DNA from: Paramecium tetraurelia
Taxonomy: Eukaryota
Length of the DNA: 64,000 nucleotides
Assembly: GCA_000165425.1 (NCBI GenBank)
Contig: CT868352.1
Span: 124,001-188,000, forward strand
Reading direction: 5' to 3'
Made by a program: the position numbers and the translations under genes. This document shows positions 37,437-50,300 of this stretch, in pieces. Every line of letters begins with the position of its first letter. Within the stretch, counting starts at the first letter, position 1. A model generated the notes under the pieces. The model did not search any database and had not been told where the DNA came from. It was given only the letters and a program-made list of their open reading frames with translations.

Positions 37437-38732
37437 TCAAATCTAATTTAAAAGTCTTTATTATTAAAAAATATATTAATTCATCTTTTCATCAAGACTA
37501 TATTAAAGATTGATAATTTCGTTACAGTTATGATAGATTTCTAATATTATTATTATATTCTTACTTAAGTATCTTTGAAAGTCTTCATCCTCTACCTTCT
37601 TATGTTAATATACATAGTCTTCCAAATAATATTGTAATATCGAATTTAAATATAATGATTCTGATTTATTATGAAATTAGGAGAATACTTTATTAAGAAC
37701 TTCATTTGGGTTAGACATTAAATTAATTAGAATTTGATAAATCTCTAACACTTAATATTGCAGCAGCACTTAATTATTTTGTAAAGAATATCTTAATTAT
37801 TGTAAAGCAAATCGTTGATGACTTAATATTTCATTTGAAGCTAGAGGATCTAATAAATATTTATTGAATGATTTGATAAAGTGCTTATAATCCATTTTGT
37901 TTTTTAGAATATAATATTTTTACCCTTTTCTTATCAAATTATCATGAAATTTGAATAAGTTCTTAAGTAGTTTAATATAATTCTGTGCGTCAATATCTGT
38001 AAAATTATTGAAATCCTTATAAATTAAATTTCTTCTTTCCTTTCTATTATTTGAAACAAACTCTTCATATTTCTTTAAAACAATAACTGGCACGGCATCT
38101 ATGATTTCTAAGATTCTGGAAATCTTAAATAATTTTTCATGATTCTATTCTTAACATTGATTAAAATCTTTAATTTGATAGCTATTAGAATAAGTATGAA
38201 AGAATTTAGAATTTGAAGTTACATTAACAGATTCTCTTTCAGTATCATTGCAAGAAAGCATATTTTTATGAGATATATCACTTAAATTATTCAAGACAAA
38301 TTCATCATTCTACTTTTCATCAACTATCATCTGTTCACTTTTTTATTGGAAAATCAACTCCTAACTATTCTCTATTTATAATTTTTCATTATCCTCATAA
38401 TGATCTGTTAAAATATTCTAATGAAAATCTGTGTAAATGTGATCTTAACCTCTTCCATTCACATCTACCTTATTTTCTTATGTAGCCATTTCGCAATTTT
38501 AATCTGTACCAAAATCTGTTTAAACAAATTCTTCCTTTTTCATTAGGTTATGATCTTAATTGTTATTTTAACTTATATTTGGTTATTCGAATTCTTCCTT
38601 TTTGGTACTTAAGTTCTAGGATTTATCCTCTTTAAACTGATTTCTTGCCTTCTAAGAAAATACTGGTAACAATAAAGCTCTAAATTAAATTATTCCATTA
38701 CAGAAAAGGAATTAGGATTGTCCATAATCCAT
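37437..38732 (-). CDS. Hypothetical protein
   Basis: Long open frame in the ciliate code from MDYGQSQFLFCNG. No family recognised; ends uncertain. Confidence 0.5.
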
Positions 38733-39533
38733 AATTCATTTATTTATAGTATTCCAACTCATTTTCCGCTAATTCTCTATCTCTAATTATAGTTATTCCA
38801 CATCTATTTAATTCTGGATATATACATAATTAAAAAAAGTAAAGAATACTTAATAATCCCAAACATTAATAAATAAAAATTTATTTTTTCTTCACAAGTT
38901 TAACATAATCTTTGTTTATAAACTTGCTTATTATTTATGCAGTTGTTAATCTTCCTTGAGCCAAATTTCTAATAACAAAATCAGAAGATTATTTATATAA
39001 AAAAGAAAGTATTAAATAATTTTAATCATAAAAAAATAATGAGGAATAATTTAATATTCTTCTAAGTAAGGTTATGGATTGCATTCAATTTTTAACCTCT
39101 TAGATATTTTGTAATAAATCTAAATTTATTCAGCAGGAACTTTAGCAAATTTAGTGAAAGAATAACATAAACATACATAGCATGAAATATGAGAATATAA
39201 ATTTGAACCGTTATAAAAATATCATAATATATCAAAAATCGATTATTATGCCACTTTAAAGTATTTAAGAAGACTAGGAATTAACCAAATAGAATCAAAT
39301 AAGTTCAAATTACCAAATTTGTCTCAATTATTCAACCTTTCTAAACCTAAGTTATTATGTAGCAAGAATCTAAAAATAAAGTCACTAATTAAATTAACTT
39401 ACATGATTTTTTGTAAGCATGATATAATATAGGGAAATAGAATTTTGTACAGAAAAAGTTAATTTATGAATAATTACATTTTAGCATAATAATTATACAA
39501 ATAAAATACATAAATATATTTATATATAATAAA

Positions 39534-40345
39534 ATGAATTACAAGAAAGAAACTTTAGAACTACTTGGTTATGAAAACATTGAATGTTTTATACCAAAAA
39601 ACTTACTAATTGACTTCCCATAATACTTTACTACAGAATAACAACCTCCCTTGGTAACTGAAGTATCTGAAAGTAAATTACAGTAATATAAATTGTAGTG
39701 ACTGAAAATGGACTTATTTTTATGTCAGCTCTGAGTCAGAATAATACTCCTTAAGTTTCGTCATAACTTTTAAGATCTGTATAATCAAAGAGTTCTCAAG
39801 GTAAAATAAGAATCTTTTTTCCTTAAAGTATCTAAAATATTAATATTTCTACAGAATGGCCAGTGGTGAAGACCAACATGAGTCCGTTTTCTTTTTCAAG
39901 ATATTCTCATTTTCAATCCTTAATCATTAGAAATTGGTACTACTTAGATAATTGCAATAATATTTAAGGTATCAATATTGTTTAAAAACTCAAGGACCAT
40001 TTTCATGTGTTGAAATGGATAATTGGTATCGTAAAAATCTTCTCAATCCAGATTTATTGATAAGTTATAAATCAAGAGACTTAACTTCGTTTGTCAAAGT
40101 AAAAGATCTTCTTAAAGATTCTGAAAACCCAAGATGCAACAAAATTCTAAAGTAGATGTATTAAAGAGCATCAAGTGCTATAAAAAATAGTAAATATTTA
40201 GAGATAAATTTTAGAAAAAAGAATTTCGAGTGATTCTCCAATGAGTAAAGCATCAACTGAACTATCTTTAAGCAACAATAATAGTTGTTAAAAATAGAGA
40301 TAACCAATTTGGGGAGTTGATACAGATTATTTGTTAAGTTTTTGA
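39534..40345 (+). CDS. GYF-domain protein
   Basis: After splicing it reads WYYLDNCNNIQGPFSCVEMDNWYRKNLLNPDLLI, matching the GYF consensus W.Y.D..G.IQGPF...M..W...G(Y/F)F. Several mini-introns. Confidence 0.75.
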
Positions 40346-40687
40346 TAAAACAAAAATATTCAACATCATATTAATTTTTATAAAAAATAATAAATTAATT
40401 AATTAGAGAGAGGATGAATAAATGAGATATTAAACAAATAAAAAGTGGCTTTGATTTTAACTATCCAACTAGATTAAAGATTGAAATGCATAAGATTGAT
40501 CAGATGTATAACCGAATAAAAATTAGCAATATATGAGGTGGATTAGTTATTGCAAAAGAGCTCGAGATTAGTGTTGTTAATAAATAAATTTTATGATATT
40601 ATAAAATTGCAACTTAAAAAGGAGTTTCATTTACTCACTATTAATTAATTTTATAATAGAAAATTTTACAAATTGTTAAATTAAAGA

Positions 40688-41663
40688 ATGAAAAATTATT
40701 ATTTAAATTCAAGCGAAAGAGGGATTAAAAAAGTTAATAATTTGTTATTATATGATCAACCTGAAACTGTTTACGGATAACTATTATTGAATTAAACTAA
40801 TCCAACATCAAAAAACAAGAAATAATTTAAAGAAATTTAACCGCTCAAATTACTGGATGCTCCTAATGTTACTCAAAATTCTGAGTATTAACTATTAGAT
40901 TGGTCATCATAAGAAATCATATTCTTAGGATTAAAAGAGAATTTGTTCGCACGCAATTTTAAAACTGGAATCACTTAATTATTAACTCAATTAGAGGATG
41001 GGATACTAACTAGTCTTTGTTCTTAAGGTGAACTTATTGTATACAGTACTTCTAATGGTGACCTTATTGTTATTGATTCTGATCAGAAATAGCTATTGTA
41101 ATCATACCAGCTAAATGATATTACAAGAATGATTTGTTTTAATGATTGCATTTTGTGTTGTGCAACAGTAAATAATGGAATTCTTTACATTGATCTCAGA
41201 TAAAATAAATATATTTATAGGATTGGAACAATGGTTGATATCTATTCGGTCAGTTTAAAGTGACAACATCCTAGCTGCAGGATCTCCAAATAAAGTATGC
41301 ATATATGATATTCGTAAACCATAAATCTTAATTGCACAATACAACTAAGATGGTAGGGCTCTAACTTGGGATAAAAGAAAACAAAATTATTTATGCGCTG
41401 GTGGGTAAGATTAAACAATAACTATTTGGAATACTGAAGGAGAATATAATCCTCATCGTATGAGTGTTGATTTTGGAATTACTCAAATAGTAAGTACAAA
41501 TACTTAGTTGCTTTATTGTGCTGGGAATAAGTGCTACAACGGTAACATAATTATGAATCGACATTAAGACAAAGTTCTTAGAATAGCTACTTCAACAGAT
41601 CAAAGTTAACTGTGTTCATTAGGAGCTGATGAGTTATTAATATTTTGGTCTTTAGTTAATTGA
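40688..41663 (+). CDS. Divergent Cdc20/Fizzy-family WD40 protein
   Basis: PLKLLDAPNVTQNSEYQLLDWSSQ (compare P..ILDAP...DD.YLNLLDWS) and HQDKVLRIATSTDQSQLCSLGADELLIFW (compare H..RVL..A.SPDG..V.S...DETL.FW). Confidence 0.7.
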
Positions 41664-41890
41664 TTTAATTATGAAATAATTGAGACTTTAATTATTAAAA
41701 TAAAAATTTGTTTAAATAAATTTATATTACACTTCTTATATTACATAATTATTAAACAACAGCATATTTCGAAACTTGCACATAAGTATTTTATTTCATA
41801 TTTTTGAATAATCATTCCTATAGCAATGATATAAATTACAAATTGCTAAAAACAATTAATTTTATTAAAAGATTTTTATTTTTATTTAAA

Positions 41891-42428
41891 ATGGTTATTA
41901 AGACTGATTTGTGCTCATTTAGTGAATGGCGTATTTACCCTGGACATGGAAGAAGATTTGTGGCTAAGGATGGCAGATTATTTTACTACTTAAACTAAAA
42001 GAGTAGAGCCTTCTCTGCCAGAAAAGTAAGTTATGCATTCATCATTTTAGATTAAAAGCCAAGAAATCTAATGGACTGTCGCCTGGAGAAGATTAAACAA
42101 GAAAATTAAAACTGATGAAGGTGCTAAGAAAAGAAGAATTAGAAACCTTAAAGTTTAAAGAGCTATTGTTGGTATTTCATTAGAAGAAATTCGTAGAAGA
42201 AGAAAGGAAGATGATAGTAAAATTTTATTATAAAATTTAGAAACAAGAAAGGCTTAAGCAGAATAAGCAGCAAGAGAAATTAAGGATAGAAAACAAAAAT
42301 AAATTGATGCTTAGAAATCATAAAGAAAAGGAGTAACAAGTACATAAAAAGTTGCACAAAAAGCTGAAACCAAAGCAGCTTAAAAGGCAGCTGCCAAAAC
42401 TGCAGGTAAACAAAAGGGAAAAAAATGA
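41891..42428 (+). CDS. RPL24: 60S ribosomal protein L24 (eL24)
   Basis: MVIKTDLCSFSEWRIYPGHGRRFVAKDG...WTVAWRRLNKK...QRAIVGISLEEI; two mini-introns. Confidence 0.95.
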
Positions 42429-42667
42429 TAGATTTAATATGTACATTATTATACAACATTAACTAGTTAATGTTTTATAAATTTAAGAAGCAATTCTATG
42501 TAAAATTAAAAAAACAATTTTTATGGAATTGACACATTTTCAACTAATATAATTTCATTCTTGAAATGTTAATCGAAAAGAATTTGAATTTTATTGCCAA
42601 CACATATATAATATTTGAATAAATTATTGAGCAATAATTTATTTAATTAAAACTATAAATTATTATT

Positions 42668-43432
42668 ATGAATTAACGATCACTATAATAAAATTTCTAA
42701 AGTCGAAACATTCCTGTAAAATGTTTGCCAGAAAGAATATTATAGTCAAAAAATATCTCTACCGCTTCAGAAGGATATAATGGATTCTCAAATTTTAAGA
42801 AGTTAATTTTTGAATATTGTAAAAAATCAGAATTCGAAAGATGCTAAACATTAATTTAAGACTACCTAAAATGTCACCTCAATTCTAAACAAAAATGTTA
42901 GTAAAATTATGATTCATAATAAAGAAAAAATTAATTTGAATTATGAGGAGATGATTTTTTGGTTACGTTAGCACTTTGTAATTAGCGAAGATCAAGCCAT
43001 ATATTTATAGAAAATATACTAAACATAAATTGTTGACCAGCAAACACTGATAAATGTCCTATATTTGCTTCATGAATTTTTAGATCAAGATAATTACAGA
43101 GATTAAAATGTAATTCTTTTCAATATTTTAGCTGAACATAATCACAGATATTAAATAAATGCTCAAATGAATTTATCCTACTACAAAATGATTCAATTTA
43201 AGTTGAGATTTATTTTAGATCTTTTAATTATATAATGATTTCTTTCAAACAAATATATTCTATGAAGGTTTTTATTGTAAATTTAGTAGAAACTTACTAA
43301 AATTTATTTATTAATGATTGTATTTTATTTCATCATCCATTAGATAAGTCAAATTTAGTTTTAAATAAATCCTCATTACAAATTAGTGATTTTTTTTTAA
43401 TTTATGAAGGCTATTTTATAAAAAATAATTGA
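42668..43432 (+). CDS. Hypothetical protein, possibly degenerate
   Basis: Long coding-like frame from ATG 42780 (MDSQILRSQFLNIVK...YEEMIFWLRQHF). The ATG at 42668 is in another frame; boundaries uncertain. Confidence 0.35.
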
Positions 43433-43472
43433 GGAAAAAATTTTATTATTAATTTAAGAATTATTATTAACA

Positions 43473-44148
43473 ATGAGAAGACTCCTTGAAAAGGTAACTG
43501 GAAAAGAGAATACAAATAGTAAAATTTAAGAAGAATCTGATAAGGACGCGAAGATATCTTTAAATGAAATAATGGAATAAGAAGCTCATTATGAAATTGA
43601 TGAAGATGACAAACTTTATTATAAAGATGTCTTAAAATTTGAAGCTTAAAAGGCCAAGCTTTGGACTAAACCTGATTTCTAATCTCATTTACTAGTATAT
43701 ACTAAACTAAAATATAATAAAGAATTAACTACTGAAAAATTATCTTCATATAGAGTTTATAAGTATTCTTAATTTTTTAATTATAAAAGGAGGCTTTATA
43801 ATGATAAGATTAAAAATAGTAAGGATTTAACCATTTATGAAAAAATCCTTTTCCATCCAGATTTAACCTAACTCGATTACGAGTATATATAAGCTGAAAA
43901 CAGAAAAGTAGTAAAAAATGTAATTTTTCTTTTAATTATGAAAGGCTGGAATAATTGAAATAACTGCAATAGGGGGCTTGGGATACTGTTATTTCAAGAC
44001 AAATCTTAGAAATAAAAAGGGATTTTATGCAGTTTTCATGTTAGCCCCAGCATTTGTACTTTTTGGAGGATACACATTTGAAAAATATAGATTTTTAAGG
44101 AAACTTTATAATGTAGAATTAGATAAAAAGTATAACATTCCATCATGA
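43473..44148 (+). CDS. Hypothetical membrane protein with two hydrophobic segments near the C-terminus
   Basis: Reads MRRLLEKVTGKENTN...AGIIEITAIGGLGYCYF...FYAVFMLAPAFVLFGGYTFEKY...NIPS*; two mini-introns. Confidence 0.65.
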
Positions 44149-44345
44149 GCGATTATTAATAATTCAATTTAAATTGGCAAAAACATATAATAATATAATT
44201 TTTATTAGAATCGATTGTTTTATCAGGTGAGGAAAACCTTAGAAGAGAGTCTCTAAATGTTAATTTAATTACATTAACACCTTAAGATAATTAACAATTA
44301 AAATTATATTAATTTATTAGTGAAGATAATTCTTATAATTAATTC

Positions 44346-47300
44346 TCATTCTATTTAAATATCATCTTGTTATAGTTTCTCTATCACTTAAGCCTCTAAC
44401 TACAAAATATTATTTAGTGCATTTTGATATTTATGTTTCACTTCATCTAATTCTTGTAACTTTAATACTATGTCTCTATTTTCTTGTTGAGGAGACACAA
44501 ATTAAGATTGCTAGAATGGTATCCTTTACATAGGAGAACTATGCTCTTGGAATTATGATGGCTATTAGATATTTGAAGGTCTTAAATAATCTTTAGGGTA
44601 TCTATCCCATGAAGATCTATTTTAGCTCTATCTCATTTATCTATGAGGAGATTTGTAGGATTCTCTTTCGCGAGCTCTTTCTCGTTTCATTTCTTCAATT
44701 GCTTCAAGGACTTCAGCTCTCTATCTTTTTCTATTGTCAGATTGCATTTGATATCTAGATATATTGTCCTTGAGCTGATCAATTTATTAATTAAGTTGCA
44801 TTATATGCATTTCGAGATTGTTTCTTTCATTTTATAAGAACCCGACCTAATCCTCTAAATCTAAAATGACCTTTCTTTAATATTCAATAGTATCATATAA
44901 TTCTTATGGATCATCTTATTAAATTCTATTTTTTAATTCGTTAATAGCATTTTCATATGCCCTTCGTTCAGCATAAAATTCTATATCTTTAGTTTAAATT
45001 TATGATCTTTATAGTATTTCTAAATGTTGTCTTAACTCATAAAGCTCGTTTTATCTCTGTTTTTCATACCTTAAAATTAGTTCCTTCCAATTTTCTCCTT
45101 CTGGATATTTCTAAACATTACTTTACAATAACTAATCAATTCTTCTTAAAAATTCTTAAATTAACTACTATTTCTCAACTTCGTGTTATTCTTTGAGTTT
45201 TTGAATTAAATTAGATTCATTATATGGTTAATTCTGTTAAAGTTGTAATTCAATTTTCTATCTCTCTTGATTTCTAATTTTGGTTAACTCTTCTTTTAAT
45301 TCATCTTTGAGAATTGATTAGAAAGACTGCATATGCTACTCTATTTATTCTTCTTTTTCTTAAATTACTTGCATGAGTTATTATCTGCTTTATTCTGCTT
45401 AATCGAATTTTTATCTCCAATAGCTTGCTGTATTTTGAGCATCACCCCTTTGACCTACTTCTTTGTTGATACTTTATTGTACAACATCATTATATTTTTA
45501 TTCCCAATAGGCAGAAGTTTGTAGAGCCTTTTACAAATCTCGATCAAGTTGGCTAATTTAGTATTATTATGATTAAATTGTGTCTTATTAGCTTGGATCT
45601 GGCTTTTACTGTTATTATTCTAGCTCAAATACTCTCTTTTTGTAGAATGTCACTTCTCCTTAAAATGTTTGATTCTCGCTTCTTAGTTTATCTATTATTT
45701 CTGAACTTTAATCTTATTGTTTTAATATTGGTTGCCAGTCTTTATCTGATTATATATTTTATGCTGATTCTTCTTATTGCTAAATAATATCCTAAACTTT
45801 TTATGGATCTTTATGTAAGGCCTATAAGGCTTCCTAGTATTTCTCTTTCCAAAATTGAATTTACTTATCATATTAATCTTAAGACAATACATGTTATCTT
45901 GATATTTATTAGGATTAATTTTCTTATTCTTAAATTCTCTTTTTCAAATTAACATTTTCATCGTTTAATATCTTATTTTCAATTCTTAGTTAATTAATTT
46001 AATTTTCATTATCTAATTTAGTTTAATCTGTAGTTTATTGTAACATTAATAATGCTTCCTCTTATTAATGAATATATTGAGCCTATTCAAGCATTTTTCT
46101 CTGAATACTTGTTGGTGATAATTATTAGCTGTATTCATTTAAAACTTATTAATATTTTTATTTCCAAAAATCTACTTGTTACCCAATTAGATCTATCTAC
46201 TTTTATAAATCTGAAACTCGCAACTTTGCATTTTCTGTAACAGATGGATCAGACAAATCTTTAACTTTTTCAATTAAAACTTAATTTTAGCCTTATTGTT
46301 TTAATAATTCTTTCTGATTTACATCTAAATCTATCATTAATTTTGAATTATTTAAGCTTAATTAGTTGTTTTTCTCAATTAATTATGCTAGTTTTTGTCC
46401 CTAATCATCTCCGCTCAATGCAGATTTCATTTATTCAATTAAACTAAATGATAAAGAATAATAAATACTTTTAATTTCTTTGTTGCAATTCTTATACTTC
46501 CCTATTCAATTTTTAAATTTATCCTTAACTATCCTATCCTTACTAAGGGCTATCTGTGCTTTCCAGATTTTATGTAGCTTTGCCTAGTTTGCCTTAAGCT
46601 TGAATTAGTTGTTATTAAAGAGAAGCCCTCTCAATTAACAAATTATTGATTTGTTCTTATAAGTTATCATTATTAGATTGTGATGGTTGCTTAATCTCTT
46701 AAGTTAGTTCAGATTCCTTTTGCTTTAATATTTACTTTTGTTAATCAGCAGGAGCCTATTAAGAAATTAAATCTGTATATTATTTCTTCCAAAACTCAGA
46801 CTTTAATTACTCTTATTATTATTCATCTATAATCTATTGATTTTATATCAAAGTTGCCTAGGCATTATCCAACTCTTTTTACTTTTAAGCAAGTTATGCT
46901 TATAGGATAATATTTTGATCTCTCAATGATTGTTAAGTCTCTTCATCTTCTTAGTCTTATTTTATTTATTATTTTTAGTCTCTTTAAGCAAGCTAGTTTC
47001 TCAAAAATTCAATTTGTTGCAATTGAATTTCATTTAGTTTTTCTTGCATCTCAACTTATTTTTGATAATTAAGAAGGTCTTCTTAAAGTTTATCCATTGC
47101 TAAAGAAGGCTCTTTTTCAATTAAATTTGCAATTCTTGCTTTTTCTTAAGCTTCTAATTAGGCCTTCAATTCATTAATTTAATTAACTGCTTCTAAAAGT
47201 TTAGCTTAGGCAGATGATGGAGATAATTATGAATATTATTCCTAAAATAAATGATTATACTTTTCTTTTTCCTTTTGAACTTCATTTTATGCATCTGTAA

Positions 47301-50300
47301 GTTTCTATTCTAAATCCAAAATTTGTTAAGGAGATGCTTATTAATGATCTCCTAAAAGTTAATGATACTTATCATTCCATAATTAGGCATCTGTGATGGC
47401 ATCTTTTAATTTTTATTTAGTTTAAGTGAGTTCTCCTACTAATTAAGGGATTTCTGTCTCAATTTGATGTTATAATATATGATTTTGTTCTTCTAGATCA
47501 TGTATTTGCTTTGTTTGTTGTAATAATTTCTCTTATAATCCATTTGGTGTTAAATTTTATGATTATAATTCTAGAAGTTCTTAATATTAACTTTTAACTT
47601 TTTCTAACTATTTCTTTAATAGTTCATTCTCATTAGATAATTATTACTATTATTAAATCTATTCTTCCTATTTAACATCATCATGGATATCAATCAATTA
47701 TTTAGTTTTTTAAGTCAATTAACTTTGTAAAGCTAATTGTTCTTATTAAACTTAATCTAATTTACTCTATAACATTCTTAAATCAGATTATAGTTATTAT
47801 TTTTCAGACATTAAGGCCACAATTTATTATTCATTTACTCCATTTCCAATCATATCTTAAAACTTCTATAAATCTTCTTTTCTTTATTGTTATAATTCTT
47901 CTATTTATTAATTTAATGCTTAATTAGTTTATTATAATTAACTGATCTATAATGCTTTTTATGGATCAGTCTAAAATTGAATTGATCCTGAGGATGTTAC
48001 TTATTTTGGAATTTATTCAGATAATAAATCTTGCAATTATTTTTAAGCTTATAATAATTAGTCTTACAATTATAATTTGTTAGCCTTTAATTCATCATTT
48101 TCTTATTGTAATTAATTTTAATCTTCTAATTATGTTTGTAATAATTCATTTTATTTTTTCAATTCTTATATAGCTTCTGTCTAATTACCTTCATCTTTTT
48201 AAATGTGTTATGGAACTACTTATTTTGAACTTGGGAATTATGTTGGAATATCTTCTCCATGTTTATTTGCTAATTTTTGATATTCAGTTCTCCAAAACTC
48301 TGCATTTTCTTATTCCAATTAATTTTTCAAGTCTAAAATTTACTATCTATTTTCTTAATCTTTTTATTTTAGATCATTGTTTACATTTTATAGATTTTCA
48401 GTTTATTTTTCTAAGATTTCCTTTTATTCTTTTAATAATTTTGCATCTCTTGATGAATTATCAAGATTATCTTATGCCTTTATTAAATTTTATTTATTTT
48501 CCTCTGCATTATCTTAAGCCTATTTTAATTTTAGTAATGAGTTTTAGTATTATTACTATAGATCTGATAGTGCTTATTAAGCTTCTTCTTTTGTCATCTT
48601 AGCAATATCTTCTTCTTAATGTTGAGGTTAAACACTTTATTTGTGATCTAACAAATCATGATATTTATCATTCCATAATTAGGCATCAGTAATGGCATCT
48701 TTTAACTTTTATTTAGTTTCAGTGAGTTCTCCTACTAATTAAGGGATTTCTGTCTCAATTTGATGTTATAATATATGATTTTGTTCTTCTAGATCATGTA
48801 TTTGCTTTGTTTGTTGTAATAATTTCTCTTATAATCCATTTGGTGTTAAATTTTATGATTATAATTCTAGAAGTTCTTAATATTAACTTTTAACTTTTTC
48901 TAATTATTTCTTTAATAGTTCATTCTCATTAGATAATTGTTACTATTATTAAATCTATTCTTCCTATTTAACATCATCATGGATATCAATCAATTATTTA
49001 GTTTTTTAAGTCAATTAGCTTTGTAAAGCTAATTGTTCTTATTAAATTTAATCTAATTTACTCTATAACATTCTTAAATCAGATTACAGTTATTATTTTT
49101 CAGACATCAAGGCTACAATTTATTATTCATTTACTCCATTTCCAATCATATCTTAAAACTTCTATAAATCTTCTTTTCTTTATTGTTATAATTCTTCTAT
49201 TTATTAATTTAATGCTTAATTAGTTTATTATAATTAACTGATCTACTAATGCTTTTTATGGATCAGTCTAAAATTGAATTGATCCTGAGGATGTTACTTA
49301 TTTTGGAATTTATTCAGATAATAAATCTTGCAATTATTTTTAAGCTTATAATAATTAGTCTTACAATTATAATTTGTTAGCCTTTAATTCATCATTTTCT
49401 TATTGTAATTAATTTTAATCTTCTAATTATGTTTGTAATAATTCATTTTATTTTTTCAATTCTTATATAGCTTCTGTCTAATTTCCTTCATCTTTTTAGA
49501 TGTGTTATGGAACTACTTATTTTGAACTTGGGAATTATGTTGGAATATCTTCTCCATGTTTATTTGCTAATTTTTGATATTCAGTTCTCCAAAACTCTGC
49601 ATTTTCTTATTCCAATTAATTTCTCAAGTCTAAAATTTACTATCTATTTTCTTAATCTTTTTATTTTAGATCATTGTTTACATTTTATAGATTTTCAGTT
49701 TATTTTTCTAAGATTTCCTTTTATTCTTTTAATAATTTTGCATCTCTTGATGAATTATCAAGATTATCTTATGCCTTTATTAAATTTTATTTATTTTCCT
49801 CTGCATTATCTTAAGCCTATTTTAATTTTAGTAATGAGTTTTAGTATTATTACTATAGATCTGATAATGCTTATTAAGCTTCTTCTTTTGTCATCTTAGC
49901 AATATCTTCTTCTTAATGTTGAGGTTAAACACTTTATTTGTGATCTAACAAATCATGATATTTATCATTCCATAATTAGGCATCAGTAATGGCATCTTTT
50001 AACTTTTATTTAGTTTCAGTGAGTTCTCCTACTAATTAAGGGATTTCTGTCTCAATTTGATGTTATAATATATGATTTTGTTCTTCTAGATCATGTATTT
50101 GCTTTGTTTGTTGTAATAATTTCTCTTATAATCCATTTGGCGTTAAATTTTATGATTATAATTCTAGAAGTTCTTAATATTAACTTTTAACTTTTTCTAA
50201 CTATTTCTTTAATAGTTCATTCTCATTAGATAATTATTACTATTATTAAATCTATTCTTCTTATTTAACATCATCATGGATATCAATCAATTATTTAGTT

